From Eledone cirrhosa (taxonomy: Eukaryota), in contig OZ024742.1 in assembly GCA_964016885.1 (NCBI GenBank), forward strand, positions 19,096,001 through 19,160,000: a stretch of DNA of 64,000 bases, written 5' to 3'. Positions 27,564 through 41,009 of the stretch are shown here, piece after piece. A program made the position numbers and the translations under genes. Each line of letters begins with the position of its first letter. The first letter of the stretch is position 1. The notes under the pieces were generated by a model, which saw only the letters and a program-made list of their open reading frames with translations, was not told the origin of the DNA and ran no database searches.

Positions 27564-27782
27564 GGCGGTGGATTGGCAGTATTAGTACCGAGTCGGATGC
27601 CATGCTTTGCAGCACAGAGTTACGGCCTTTTATGATCTGAGTTCAAATCCCGCCGAGGTTAGCTTTGCCTTTCATCTTTACGGGGTCGATAAAATAAAGT
27701 ACCAGTCATGCACTGGGGTCGATTTAATCGACTTTCCCCTCCCCCAAAATTGCTGGCCTTGTGCCTATATAAGAACCCATTA
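27564..27782 (+). mobile_element. tRNA-derived SINE with 16-bp TSD
   Basis: A and B boxes; ATCTATACTTAATGTA at 27547-27562 and 27783-27798. Confidence 0.92.
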
Positions 27783-28704
27783 ATCTATACTTAATGTAAA
27801 AGAGAGACGTTGGTGGGTTGGGGTTAGGGTTAGGATTAATCTATACTTAATGTAAAAGAGAGCTATTGGTGGGTTGGTTCCTTCGTGCATCTCACAAAAA
27901 CGAAAACTGGCAATCGAAAAGTAAATACAGCAATGGAGTAAGGGAGGTTTATTGATACTCATTTTATAGCATCAAAGAAGAAAGACATACCATGTATGCT
28001 GACCAACCTGACTGCTATTTCTAGCAGGTTGGGAACCAACGATAAGAGATTCTTTCTGCGCGTTCGCTGTCAGTGATGCACGTGTTTCGCAGCTAGCGTC
28101 TCAGATTCGAACGCTGGTTTATACACACACACATTTATACTGTAAACCAGACAACACATCCGAATACAGATATTTCCTCTTCTACCAGACTTCTCGAATC
28201 ATCTGTTTACCCGGGCGAAGCTGGGTAACTCAGCTAATTTCTATATAAAATCTGAAATGTGTGCGTCCCAACACGTGTTTACAATAATGACAGTCGTCCA
28301 CTATAACTAATAGTTGAGAAAAAAAAGTAGATAGGGAAGCTACTCTGAGTACCTTTCTTCCGTCTCCAGGGATACTTTACCCGATTTTCTCAACTATTAA
28401 TATGATCACTTGCGTTAGAAATTATACATTTGAAATTTCGAATTTTCTCAATGCTTCATAAATCAACCAGTTGTTTATAAATGCAATTTACCCAGCCGTG
28501 AAATGCTTTCTCGTTACTCAAATGGTCAAATATTTCCTTGGGGAAATTTGGTTCAATGGCTATCGGTTTATTACAAGTTTAAATTGTTCCCGGAGAAAGT
28601 AACAGGCATGAAACAAGACATTTGTGGAAGAGGGAACAGTTATTATATAGACCAAAACGCCATCTCTATTCTTCACTAGTAATTTATTCTATTGATTCAA
28701 GAAG

Positions 28705-28828
28705 AATAACATCCACGAGATCGGCTGGTCTCGCTTGGGACAGCTGCTTCTGACAGGATCTGCTGAAAGGAGTGTTTGACGACTTTGTCTATACGAGCCT
28801 CTCGGGAATAAGTGGGCGAAGAAGAAGA
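28705..28828 (+). mobile_element. 3' end fragment of an RTE-like LINE
   Basis: Ends GGAATAAGTGGGCGAAGAAGAAG, the reverse complement of the terminus at 29299-29320. Confidence 0.55.
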
Positions 28829-29053
28829 ATGAAAGGCAAAGTTGACCTATGTGTGAATATAACTCAGAACCTAAAGAAACAATAGAAACGATGCCAGGCA
28901 TTTTAGCTGAGGTGCAAGCGATTCTGCCTATTCAGAAACTAAAAACATTCTTTAAAAAGACATTATTACAAAAAAACAACATTTTTCAGGGGAAGTAACT
29001 CATAATGATTTACAGTGAGTAGCTGAGTAGTTTCCCTTGGATTATTATGCTTA

Positions 29054-29212
29054 GGGTCGGACGCCATGCTTCGCAGCACAGTTACGTCCCTTTACGGACT
29101 GAGTTCAAATCCGGCCGAGGTTAACTTTGCCTTTCATCCTTACGGGGTCGATAAAATAGAGTACCAGTAATACACTGGGATATTTGCTGGCCTTGTGCTA
29201 AAAGTAGAAACA
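29054..29212 (+). mobile_element. 5'-truncated SINE with 13-bp TSD
   Basis: ATTATTATGCTTA at 29041-29053 and 29213-29225; B box GAGTTCAAATCC. Confidence 0.9.
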
Positions 29213-29298
29213 ATTATTATGCTTATTTGATATGAATTTTTTTTATGAGGACGTGTGTATGTGTGTGTGTGATCAATGTATTGACCTCAATATGTAAC

Positions 29299-29850
29299 TT
29301 CTTCGCCCACTTATTCCTGAGAGGGTCGTGGGGACAGAATCCTCAAACACCCGTTCCAACGGGTCCTCCCAGAAGCAACTATCTCCAACTGATCTTGCTG
29401 GATCTCCAAGCGAGACCAGTCAAGCTCTTGGATGTTATCCAACTATCTTGCTCGGGGTCTACCCCTGGGTCTCCTACCGGTTGGTCTTGCCCGTAAAATC
29501 TGTCCAGCTATTCTTTCCTGAGACATTCTAACCCCATGTCCATAGTATCAGAGCTGTGATCTCTCAATTTGGAGAAGTAGTGGCTCTACCTGGATTGACT
29601 CTCTGATCTCCGAGCTACACACTCTATCGGGTAACGTTACTGCAAAAACCCTTTGGAGGAACCCCATTTCGGCTGCTTGTATTCTCTATCGTATTTTTTC
29701 GGTCATTACTCAAGATTTATGACCATAGATAAGGGTTGGCATGAATACCGAATTGAAGAAAGTAGGATTCGTCTTTTACACCTACCTCCCTTCTTCTGAT
29801 TACCGAATGCAGAAGCTGGCACATTACTGTACCTGCTCCTGCAATACTTG
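29299..29850 (-). mobile_element. Decayed RTE-like non-LTR retrotransposon 3' fragment
   Basis: Minus strand encodes ...RSQL*YYGHGVRMSQERIAGQILRARPTGRRPRGRPRAR*LDNI, the GH..R / G.RPRGRP C-terminal motif typical of RTE ORFs; contains in-frame stops. Confidence 0.7.
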
Positions 29851-29930
29851 CACTTATTTTGTTGTTTCCACAAATCCGTTTAGAAATTAATTGATACATT
29901 ATATTTCCCTCTAAACTGTGAAACTATCAG

Positions 29931-30022
29931 CTGTTGGAAGACACAATATTTGTGATTGGAGGTTTTGATGATTTGACCACAATTGCTAGTGTAGAACGTT
30001 ATGATAACAGCATAGATCAATG
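29931..30022 (+). CDS. KLHL10: KLHL10-like copy A, penultimate exon
   Basis: TATCAG acceptor (phase 0, matching the previous donor) and TG/GTGAGT donor; LLEDTIFVIGGFDDLTTIASVERYDNSIDQ(W). Not in the ORF track. Confidence 0.92.
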
Positions 30023-30101
30023 GTGAGTTACCTTCTACATTCTTTAGCTCTTGATTAGCTTATGAAAATGTATGACCACTAATAATACCCCACCTGTACT
30101 G

Positions 30102-30181
<80 letters not shown>

Positions 30182-30186
<5 letters not shown>

Positions 30187-30368
30187 AAAAGAGTTTGGAC
30201 CCCGACGGCTGAGCTCCGGTCATTTCGACAGCTAGGTCTGTCGAAATGACCGGAGCTCAGCCATGAGGGTCCTGACTCTTTTCCTATTACCCCCCCCCCC
30301 CTCTACTATCCAGTATCGAGTACTCTGGTGCGTTATGGTCCACCTGGTTACTTACCACACTTCCTTCG

Positions 30369-30370
<2 letters not shown>
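30182..30370. mobile_element. Short repeat with an internal ~105-bp hairpin, inserted in (TA)n; relatives at 36311-36487, 40005-40078 and 56921-57115
   Basis: Shared GAGTACTCTGGTGCGTTATGGT...TTACCACA and ATAGGAAAA...TTTTCCTAT segments; copies are bounded by TA runs. Confidence 0.75.
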
Positions 30371-30412
<42 letters not shown>

Positions 30413-30454
30413 AAGGCAGACAATGCCTGAAAGTACAAGGGAAGAACATGTTAG

Positions 30455-30524
<70 letters not shown>

Positions 30525-30526
<2 letters not shown>

Positions 30527-31350
30527 CCCAAGAAACCCGCGTATAGGAGAAATACAAAATATAGTACTAATGGGAACTGCCCATATACTAAGGAAGATCC
30601 TGTCAATATAAGTACATCACAAGTCTAAACACTAAGGATGCATGTGTGAATATGTGTGTTCTTTCTTGAACATGGCGGACCTTGTTGTCTCTTGAGGTCA
30701 CTGGTTGTGACTTGGTGATAACTCGTATGAACATAAAGCAAGATAAATGCAACTATAATAATAATAATAATAATAACATTTTGACCTGCCCCATCAAAAG
30801 AATTGGTGGGAGCATCAACCACCTCCCGTACTTGAAAAAGATCACATCTCAATCTTGTGAAACTTTAGCATCCAAACAGACCGAAAAATAGATGCAAATA
30901 GATCTGATATAATATTGAAGGAATTTAAAAAGAGGTTATGCCTGCTAATTGATATGTCCGTTCCAATAGACAAGAATGTATCTATAAAAACATTTGAAAA
31001 ATTGAGCAAGTATAAGGACCTGGAGATAGAAATTGGAAAAATGTGGAAATTGAGAACTAAAACAATACCAGTGGTTGTAGGCGCTCTAGGAATGATACCT
31101 AAGGGATATAATGATTACTTATCTCAAATCCCAGGAAACCCGCGTATAGAAGAAATCAAAAAGATAGTACTAATGGGAACTGCCCATATACTAAGGAATT
31201 TTCTGTCAATATAAGTACATCACAAGTCTAAACACTAAAGATGTATATGTATGTTCTTTCTTGAACATCGCGGACCTTGTTGTCTCTTGAGGTCACTGGT
31301 TGTGATTTGGTGATAACTCGTATGAACATAAAGCAAGATAAATGCAACTG
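30525..31350 (+). mobile_element. Two 5'-truncated R4/Dong-like non-LTR retrotransposon ends (30525-30753; 30777-31350) in (TAA)n
   Basis: ORF 30915-31214 LLIDMSVPIDKNVSIKTFEKLSKYKDLEIEIGKMW...IPVVVGALG...GTAHILR is a restriction-like endonuclease C-terminus; the 3' UTR is duplicated; each copy is flanked by TAA repeats, the known Dong target. Confidence 0.85.
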
Positions 31351-31362
31351 TAATAATAATAA

Positions 31363-31725
31363 TAATTGTTTCTACTTTTGGCACAAGGCCAGCAATAACC
31401 AGTGTATTACTGGTACTTTATTTTATCGACCCCGTAAGGATGAATGGCAAAGTTAGCCTCGGCCTTTCATCCTTACGGGTAATAATAATAATAATAATCC
31501 TAGATATATAATACCCGAGAGAAAAACGGGGAGAACATGCTAGACAATGGTTTCTGATTTAGACACAAGGCCAGCAATTTGGGGAGAGGAGAAAGTCGAT
31601 TAAATCGACCACAGTACGTTACTGGTACTTTATTTTATCAACCCCGTAAGGATGAAAGCAGAGTTAACCTCGGAGTGTTTGGAACTGATAACGTAATGGG
31701 CCGTAACTGTATGCCGCGAAGCAAG
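31363..31725 (-). mobile_element. Two partial SINE copies (about 31363-31480 and 31549-31725)
   Basis: ACTGGTACTTTATTTTATC.ACCCCGTAAGGATGAA core occurs twice. Confidence 0.85.
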
Positions 31726-31888
31726 TCTAGAGAAGGACAATGAGAGTCATATTAGATAATATAATCCTCGATATGAAATACCTTGGAGAGCTACAATGGA
31801 AGGACACATTTGATAATGTAATCCTAGATACAAAACACTTAAGAAAAAATGATTAGGCTGGAACACTTATCATTATAGGTCTGTTCAG

Positions 31889-32075
31889 GGCGGTGAATTG
31901 GCAGTGTCGGTATACATACTTCGTGGTATAGAGTTACGGCCCTTTATGTTCTGAGTTAGCTTTGCCTTTCAACCTTCTGGTGTCGATAAAATAAAGCACC
32001 AGTAAGGTACTGGGGTCGATTTAATCGACTTTCCCCTCCCACAAAAATTGTTGGCCATGTACCTAAATCAGAAAC
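31889..32075 (+). mobile_element. SINE with imperfect ~18-bp TSD
   Basis: CATTATAGGTCTGTTCAG (31871) versus CATTATAGCCCTGTTCAG (32076). Confidence 0.85.
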
Positions 32076-32258
32076 CATTATAGCCCTGTTCAGTGAGCCC
32101 TTACCTTTGACTAAACACAAAGAACAACATGTACCTACACCATAAAGCCACTAACCTGACTTGTAAAGGCTACTAAATGAGAGATGTAGTAACAACATTG
32201 GAAGGTCTGTTTTAATTCCTTGATTAAGACAATAACCATCACCTTATCTCCATTACAG

Positions 32259-32385
32259 GTTTAAAGTGAATGACATGAACCTTCACAGAAGTGCATTAAG
32301 TGCCTGTGTCGTTCAAGGACTACAAGATGTGAGCAAATATATTTACGAACGTGCAAGTGATGACAATACCTGGAAATGGTTCTAA
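32259..32385 (+). CDS. KLHL10: KLHL10-like copy A, terminal coding exon
   Basis: TTACAG acceptor, phase 2 completing TGG; (W)FKVNDMNLHRSALSACVVQGLQDVSKYIYERASDDNTWKWF*; RSALS.CVV.GL is characteristic of the KLHL10 C-terminus. Confidence 0.92.
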
Positions 32386-32478
32386 GAATGACTCGAACAC
32401 TGATTCTCAAACCTATTGCCCCAAACTATAACGAGAACACGTATTGCTCCATACCCTAAGTTGGTCGAGCAATGTGTG

Positions 32479-32543
32479 AATAAATCTATTCTTCTTATAA
32501 CTAGTGTTTAATTACATTTTATTTATTTTTACAGGTAAATAAA
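32479..32543 (+). terminator. Candidate polyadenylation signals of copy A
   Basis: AATAAA at 32479 and 32538, about 95-155 nt after the stop codon. Confidence 0.5.
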
Positions 32544-32775
32544 GCAATGAAGTCCCTGTATTCGCCGTTTACAATATTATGTTAACTTATAATATATTTG
32601 GTCATTGTACATTGTTGTGGTGTGGCGAATTGGTAGTCATTCGAAAGACGGATCGAATGCTTTGAGGTGTTCATTCCGGCTCTCTGCTCTCTTCCAGTTT
32701 AAATATGTTTGAGATCAACTTTTCCTTTCATACTTTCATGGTTGATATAACAGTACCATCCAGTACTGAGGTCGA

Positions 32776-32916
<141 letters not shown>

Positions 32917-34460
32917 TTGGAAGAAATCGGGTGTGTTTAGACCTGCAGGGGGATGCGCTCTGCCAGGTTTAAAATACCCAAGTCACGGTATGTGTCAGGA
33001 CCGTGCCCCTGCGACACCATCCGGAATTAAGGGTAGTTTACTTTATATAGTTGTGAAGTCGTTTAATTGGTAGTGATGAAGGGACAGCTTCCTCAATTCA
33101 ACATTTATTAAGTTAAGATATTGAACCTTTTGTTACCACATTTCTAATGAAATACACTGTTTTAATTAATCTTGAAAATAATTTCAAAAATCATGGAGGC
33201 ATTTAATAAAATAAGTAACTTTTTCATTAGTAAGCTGATTCTTGGAACATAACTTAATATTTTAAAATAAAATTATTACGGTAGGTTTTAGTATAAATTT
33301 GGGAATTTTAAAATGGATAGTCTCCGGATGTTTTGGAAGGAAAGGGTTAAAATTCTTCAAAATCATTCAAAACGCAAATCGCTTCAGCAATTTCACGTAG
33401 CGCCGAGGTAAATTAATAGCATAAGTAGCATATGTTTCGGGTTCCCGGTTTTCAAATGCTCATCATCAAATACTTTATTACTGTAGTATCATATTACATT
33501 AACATTTTATGGATGATTAGGTTTTTAAGGTTGATCCAATACTTGGAATGCACTGGGTTCCTGGCTTGGGGTAAAATAAAATACAGAGGGATCAGTTAAC
33601 TATGATTTTTTCAACATATTCCCCTATCACACACTTATTGAAGCGGTTCTTCAGTTTTTCTAAGCCCTGTAAAAAGAACTAAGGTTGGGTCTCAAACTAC
33701 CCTTTCGCGATTCCCTTAGAGCCAGGAACTTTTTCAGCACCCCCTCCTGTAAATTTAAAAAGAAAATTACACTAAGGTACCCCAGCATGGTCTCAACCTC
33801 TCGGTTGGAACATGTAATAGAGTAATAGAGTAACTAAATTGAATATCAACATTAAACAAGCAACCTCTCAAGTGTTAATTAATAGATTTACCATTCTGAG
33901 GCATCGCATTACATTCGCCGAACAATAATTATTAAATTCTTCATATATATTGCTGTGGGTTGGCCGAATAGTTAGAGTGCCAGACGAGATGTTTCGTAAT
34001 GTTTGGTTTCGTCTCTTTATGTTATGTGTTAAAAACCTGCTCAGGTTAGCTTTGACCTTTCATTCTTACGTTGATCGATGTAATCGAATTTCCTCTCCTC
34101 TAAAATTGTTGGCCTCGTGTCTAAATCAGAAATCATTAGATTTATCATTAAAAGATCGGTTGAACAAACAGATAACTGGTAATATATTATAAATAATGTA
34201 AACATTGAATCGAATCAGGATTGTTATGCAAGAAACACTTAATTTTTTTATAAATTCTATTGTAGTCGTGTGTCGCTAATATATATACTAGTATAATACT
34301 CGTTAAAATGATAGTTTTCTTTCTCCTAGAAGGTTGTCCTAAAATGACTAGTGAGGGTCTCACATTTCCAGCTAGCTAACTGCACGCTTTAGCACCAAAT
34401 AGAGTATTATATATATATATATTGGAAAATGCGTGAGATCCTTGGTACAGTTAGGTATAT

Positions 34461-34788
34461 TTGAAAAAAAGGAAAAGAATGACTTCACTTGTAGTTCTAA
34501 ACAATTTGATTTAATTTTATAAAATTATAAAATTATAGATGGTAGATCTTGTAAGTTCTTTGTTAACTTCGGTGGAAAGATTTTTAAAGATTCCTGGTTA
34601 ACTTTCCTGGAGAACTTCCTCGCATTCGTTGGTGGCGATTGTCAAACAGAGATCAATCTTTAAAAATCTTCCCACGAAGTTAACAAAGAACTTACTAGAT
34701 CTACCAACTCATAATATTATAATTTTATAATAAAATTAAATCAAAATGATTAGAACTACAAGTGAAGTCATTCTTTTCCTTTTTTTCA

Positions 34789-34789
<1 letters not shown>
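34461..34789. repeat. Imperfect inverted repeat, ~130-bp arms (34461-34592 / 34655-34789), between TA tracts
   Basis: TTGAAAAAAAGGAAAAGAATGACTTCACTTGTAGTTCTAA... and ...TTAGAACTACAAGTGAAGTCATTCTTTTCCTTTTTTTCAA. Confidence 0.9.
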
Positions 34790-34830
<41 letters not shown>

Positions 34831-35454
34831 TCATTAGTTAAGCAAAACAAGACCACAAATTTCACAAGGAAGACATTATTAAAAGATTGTCAACATATTT
34901 TAGTTTGAAGGAATGTAGAGAATAATAATAATAATATTAATAATAATAATGTCCGTTTACAATTGTTTCGCTACTCCATATAATATTTCTGGATCAGATG
35001 ACTATATATCATAATTGATCTGGTTCAGTTGAAAATAATTAACATATTTAAAAAACAGAGTGGCTCATCGGAACTTCAAAGGAATATGAATTAAAATAAT
35101 GGGATAATGTTGCATAATATAATGTTCCATATATTGGTTTTTACTATGGTGTCTTGGTTGCATCAGTTGTCAGCCATAATTAAGCAGTATTCATCTGTCG
35201 AGGCTGCATTGTGTGAGATCTGCCTATGGGTAACAAGATGGCTGCCAAAGGGCATCTGGCAGCCATGTTTTGCTTAACTAATGAATATTTCCAGCTCTGC
35301 GCACCTAACTTCTGCATGAACCCAGCCACCTAGCTGCTTTCTACTGCATATTGCACATGCCTTTACGCTTTGGCTTCTAACTAACTCACCAGTCTCTCCT
35401 CTCATATCTCCTCTACTATCTCCATCTCTCTCTTTAAGATTGGTTACTCTTGAA

Positions 35455-35543
<89 letters not shown>

Positions 35544-35720
35544 GTTCGGCTCATGTGCTTTATCTCACCCCAAATTTTCCATTTCTCATTCTATCTTCTG
35601 AAGAACTAACGTCCTAAACGTTAATTCTCTTTTCCTACTATATCAAGTGTTAACTAATATATTTCTTCATTGTACTGTATTGTTTGCTTTATTATTTTCC
35701 GTTTACATTTCACTTACACA

Positions 35721-35841
<121 letters not shown>

Positions 35842-35889
35842 ATATATATATAAGAGAAATAGGATTCCGCTTCAAGCATAGCTTTATAC

Positions 35890-36121
35890 AATATGTATAA
35901 ATATTTCGTATCTCCAGGGAAATACGGTTTTAGGAAGCCGTAGCTATGCAAACACCGGTGGGCTAACGCAAGCGGTGGGAGGGACCGTCCTGACTAAGGC
36001 CAGTTAAGCCTGAAATGCATAGACGGTTGTCCCCCTTGCTTCTACTGGACATCACCAACGGTGTTTGCATAGCTACGGGTTCCTAAAACCGTATTTCCCT
36101 GGAGATACGAAATATTTATAC

Positions 36122-36126
<5 letters not shown>
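35890..36126. repeat. Inverted repeat, 68-bp arms with ~100-bp spacer, between TA tracts
   Basis: 35890-35957 is the near-exact reverse complement of 36059-36126. Confidence 0.9.
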
Positions 36127-36159
<33 letters not shown>

Positions 36160-36232
36160 CATACATATGTGTGCATGTATACATACATGTATGTATATAC
36201 AAATGTGGACACACAAATATATATATATATGC

Positions 36233-36312
<80 letters not shown>

Positions 36313-36482
36313 CGAAAGAAGTGTGGTAAGGAACCGGGTGTACCATAACGCACCAGAGTACTCGATACTTTGGGTAGTAGAGTGGGTAATAGGAAAGGAG
36401 TCAGTAGTGTTACACTCCTAGGTTACTTCAGATCTAGCTGTTGAAACTGTCGGAGCTCAGCCGCTGGGGTCCTGACTCTTTT

Positions 36483-36523
<41 letters not shown>

Positions 36524-36620
36524 AGATGTCAACATGAATGGACCTGTTATTTTTATGTAAAGACATGTTTACCAATTCCATCCCGCCCGTCGCCCTCAAT
36601 CCATCTTATTTCTCATTCTT

Positions 36621-36656
36621 TCTTCTGATGAAGGACTAGCGTCCGAAACGTTAAGA
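36621..36656 (+). ncRNA. Minimal hammerhead-ribozyme-like motif (Penelope pLTR type)
   Basis: TCTT-CTGATGA-A-GGAC[TAGC]GTCC-GAAA-CG-TT-AAGA; stem III is only the palindrome ACGT. A decayed relative lies near 35598. Confidence 0.55.
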
Positions 36657-37003
36657 CCCTCTTCGTGCTATATCAAGCGTTAACCTAATATATCCCTTCC
36701 ATATACTGTACCGGTTGTGTTGTTATTTCTGTTTACCTTTTACATACATATATATATATATGCCTATATATATACTGATATGTATACCTATGTGTGTCTA
36801 TAGGCGTGCGCATGTGCGTGTGTGTGTGTGACCAGAGCTCTACTATTAAAACTGAATATTTACATATTATATATTCATTGATATTCCAGAATTTTCAGTG
36901 CATATTTGTTAACATAACATACAACCCGGTTGTCTCTCTATCTATAACATCACTTCAACTGCCATAAGTTATCTTTACGACAAAATGAAATCAATTCACT
37001 CAC

Positions 37004-37026
37004 TGACGTCACTTATCCTTATGACG
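37004..37026 (+). promoter_or_regulatory. Full CRE palindrome TGACGTCA (37004-37011) plus half site TGACG (37022) upstream of copy B
   Basis: Exact motif ~155 bp upstream of ATG 37165; possible short 5'-UTR intron 37071-37162 (CAG/GTAAAT...TTGCAG). Confidence 0.45.
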
Positions 37027-37164
37027 AACAGTTTGGGAATTCATGTCAACCATAAAGCGTTATTTCTCAGGTAAATTTGAAATCAAAATAACAAAGCGAA
37101 ATAAGATTATTATTTTCAATAGAGGTAAAGTAAAAAGGTTACTTTTAAAGTTGAAATTGCAGTG

Positions 37165-38131
37165 ATGAATTCCAAAATTTCACTCCGAAAGTCTAACAAT
37201 CAGCTCCAGAAAGAAATGTTTTCTGAAACCCGCCATGTCCTTGTAGAACTTCGAGAATCCGGACAACTTTGTGATGGTGTAATAAAAGTAATCGGGGAAT
37301 CAATCTATATCCATCGCGCCATATTATCGGCTTGTAGTCCTTACTTCCGGGCACTTTTTACCAATGAAAATTTCGACACCAATCGCAAGGAAGTCACCAT
37401 AACAGACATTTCTTCCGAAAATATGCGCCATATAATTGAATACGCTTACACACAAACATGTCAAATAACAAGTAAAAACGTAAGAGATATCTTGGTGGCC
37501 GCTGATTTTTTTCAAATCTCTGGATTACAAAAGACGTGTTCTGAATTCATTCTTTCTGAGCTTTCTCCATATAATTGTATTAGTATTAAGAAATTTTCAC
37601 AAAAGTATTTCTGTTCTAAACTCATTAATGCCGCGCACAAATATATTTTACAAAATTTTGCTGAAGTTTACAAGGTATCCGAGGACTTTCTGGAATTAAG
37701 TTTAGAAGATGTTTGTGAGATTATTAAATCAGATGAGTTAAATTTAAAATCGGAAGAGATTGCATTTGAAGCCATCATTCGATGGATTAATCACAACCCA
37801 GACGACAGAAAATCGAAAATTATTCAATTGATGCAATACGTTCGATTTGGTTTGCTATCCACGCAGTATTTTCTTCTGACTGTAAAAAACCATGAATACT
37901 TACGAGTTGATGAAGAATGCAAGAATTTTGTGTTAGAAACCTTAAATTTACTCTTTGATCTTGACATGGGACGGGTACACAACGAACAAGACACTCTTAT
38001 GTCAAGGCCTCGTATGCCACATGAAATTCTATTCGCTATCAGTGGTTGGAGTGGCAGCAGTCCTACAAATACCGTTGAAGTTTACAATCCACGAGCAGAT
38101 CGTTGGACAAGAAGTAAAACTGTAAAATCTG
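37165..38131 (+). CDS. KLHL10: KLHL10-like copy B, first coding exon (BTB/POZ, BACK and start of kelch 1)
   Basis: LCDGVIKV...IHRAILSACSPYFRALFTN (BTB); FLELSLEDVCEIIKSDELNLKSEEIAFEAIIRWI (BACK); RPRMPHEILFAISGWSGSSPTN is KLHL10-like. Donor G/GTTTGT at 38132, phase 1. Confidence 0.95.
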
Positions 38132-38762
38132 GTTTGTATTTAGCAGTTAGATAGCACCTGGTTTGGTTCATGTTTATCATGTGTTTTTTGTTTGTGTTTT
38201 GTATGAGGGAAGAACACCCCTCGATGCTCCATTGGATTATTCTAGAATTGTAGCTGTTTTTCTGTGAGGTTGCTTGGTTTACCATTTATTTGTAATTGTA
38301 AGTTATTGTTCGTGGAACTGAGAGTTGGTCCTATGATGTTTATTTGGTCATTGTCAATGTGTTGTTTCAGGTAAATATTATAAATACAGTAAACAGATAG
38401 TAGTCTGCCTATAGTAAACATTATTAACTCAGACCTGCATTATTAACACATTATTAACACATCTGTGTGTCTATAGTGAACACACAACCTTATATCCATG
38501 ATAAACATAATAACATCACAATTAAATGCCTATATGCCCATGGTGAACAGATTGCGTTGTCCGTAGTAAATGTCCTAAACAAACGGCTCTGTTTATAGTA
38601 AATATAATAAAATCACAACATTCTATACAAGGTAAATATATAAATGTGTATATAGTAAATTTAGTATGCACCTAAGCGTGTCTTACAGGCACGCTTAGGT
38701 GCTTACTAAATAGAAAATTGAACTGTCTGTGATAAACATTAAACACAAAACTGGAAAATAAA

Positions 38763-38819
<57 letters not shown>

Positions 38820-38858
38820 TATAATATGTGTATATATATATATATATATAAATATATA

Positions 38859-38909
<51 letters not shown>

Positions 38910-38917
38910 AATATATA

Positions 38918-38958
<41 letters not shown>

Positions 38959-39971
38959 TATAACAGTATATATATAGTAAACACCTCTCACAAGCAAGTG
39001 TTACCATATTAAATGCATTAAACGTATAGTTATATTCCATAGTAAACATATAAATGAAACTTTGATAGACTACGTATCCTTTGTGTGGTGGTGTATATTT
39101 CAACTCAGTAAGAAGTAGGAGCATTATATAATTACTGACTGTTGTGTCGTTAACTTGCAATCATGTGATCAATGGGAAAAACCATCTACACATTCATGCA
39201 TACGTGTTTTCACATCAGCTCATACTTCCCTACCATTAACCTATACCTGAAATAGTAGTCAATATTCTTGCAAGAAACTATAGGCATCTAACCGTCCTAA
39301 ATGTAACGTAAAAACATGAAATTCTACATCCATTCTTCATTTAAGTTAACCTATTAAGAATACCTAAATAACCTAAACCGCTAAACTTGGCACAAAGGAA
39401 TACAAGCTGAAATAAATAATAGAAATAAAAACAAGTGAAAATAATCGCTTTATTGCCCCAGCTTGAGTTGATATTAAATTGACTGGCAGAAGGGTTTGTA
39501 TTTGAAGATAATAACACCAAAGTGACTTCCTTTTATTCCTAACCACTATCAATGAAACTGCCTCGCCTTAACCCCACCCTCTAATTGTCAGTTAAGAATT
39601 GAATGTCTTTCTGTTGAAAATATGCTAGTTGGAACTCGAAGAGTCATTACCACTGTTTGACAGCTGACATATTACAAGCATTGCTTACATTTATTTAAAC
39701 CAATCTGATGAGAATGTATGAGACTGACGTAACATTACGTAATCACAGTCTAATGCTTTTGAAATGTGCATAATTGATGTTATGTAATACAATAAATCAA
39801 AACTCAAAATGTAAAATCATCTCTTCGTTTTTAATGAAGTAACAATACCTCGTCGGATACCCTACGTATAATACCTATTGTTCCTCATATGGCTACACAA
39901 GACGTTGAGCGCTTAAGCTTCAGTACACCAAATTCGTTGAATGCGAGGATCAACGAACACTGATATTTAAG

Positions 39972-40008
<37 letters not shown>

Positions 40009-40264
40009 AAAATGTTAGAGCCCAACGGCAGAGCTCAAGCCGTTTCGACGGCTATTTCTGGACGCACCTCCTTCGTTATATATATAGGGAATTTTATACA
40101 TACGTGTCTCTTTCTGAGTTCAAATCCTGTCGAGGTTAACTTTGCCTTTCATCCTTACTGGTTCGATAAAATAAAGTAACAGTAATGCACTGGATCGATT
40201 TAATCGACTTTCCCCTTCTCTTCAAAATTGTTTGCCTTGCGCCTAAATCAGAAACTATTATTGT

Positions 40265-40319
<55 letters not shown>

Positions 40320-41009
40320 TGTTGTTGTTGTAGTAGGGGAGGAATTGTTGCAGTTCCTATTACGAACAAAGGAAAATCTAGTAAATTTAGCTACCATAAC
40401 ATTACATAAATTTCAAAACAACAACAACAACAAAAAACATTAAAAATATTCAAATGTTCTCTCTGTATAGAATTAAATTAAATGTTATAATTAAATCGTT
40501 AACGTTTTATAATAAAGATGGCGGATAGGTAATTATATGCATTGTCGAGGAAAACAAAAGAGCAGATACGCCAGGTGATTTAATATATTATAATATTTAA
40601 TAGAATAACAACCAAGAACAAATGTTATCATAAATATCAAGTGAAATCGAGACGATAAACGTTGAAAAGTATAAAAACCGGAGAATTCTACGTCTCAAAA
40701 TGTTGTTACTTTTCACAGGAAAATCCTATTCTAAACATTCGTTATGGTATAAAACTCTTTTTTTAATATCCAAACATACAGTGCCGGGTTTAGGACAAAT
40801 GAGGCCTTGTGCTTATTAAGTAATGAGGTCACTTACTTGGGCCCTTTACATGAAAAACATTTGAAAAACTCATAGTAAAATATTTTTTGTGGCTGGAAGA
40901 TGGCCTCCTTCCGGGCCAACGGAGCCCTGTGCTTAACCACACCTAAGCATGATGGTAACTCCGGCACTGTCAATATACATGCATACGTATATATATATAT
41001 ATTTATATA

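Noticed and set aside
27813-27836. Telomere-like GGGTTGGGGTTAGGGTTAGG
   Set aside because: Only two or three imperfect units; no support for an interstitial telomere.
33115-33752. Possible piggyBac-like (AAGGGTTAA end) and mariner-like (CAGCACCCCCTC end) MITE remnants
   Set aside because: Only one convincing terminus for each; boundaries cannot be supported by eye.
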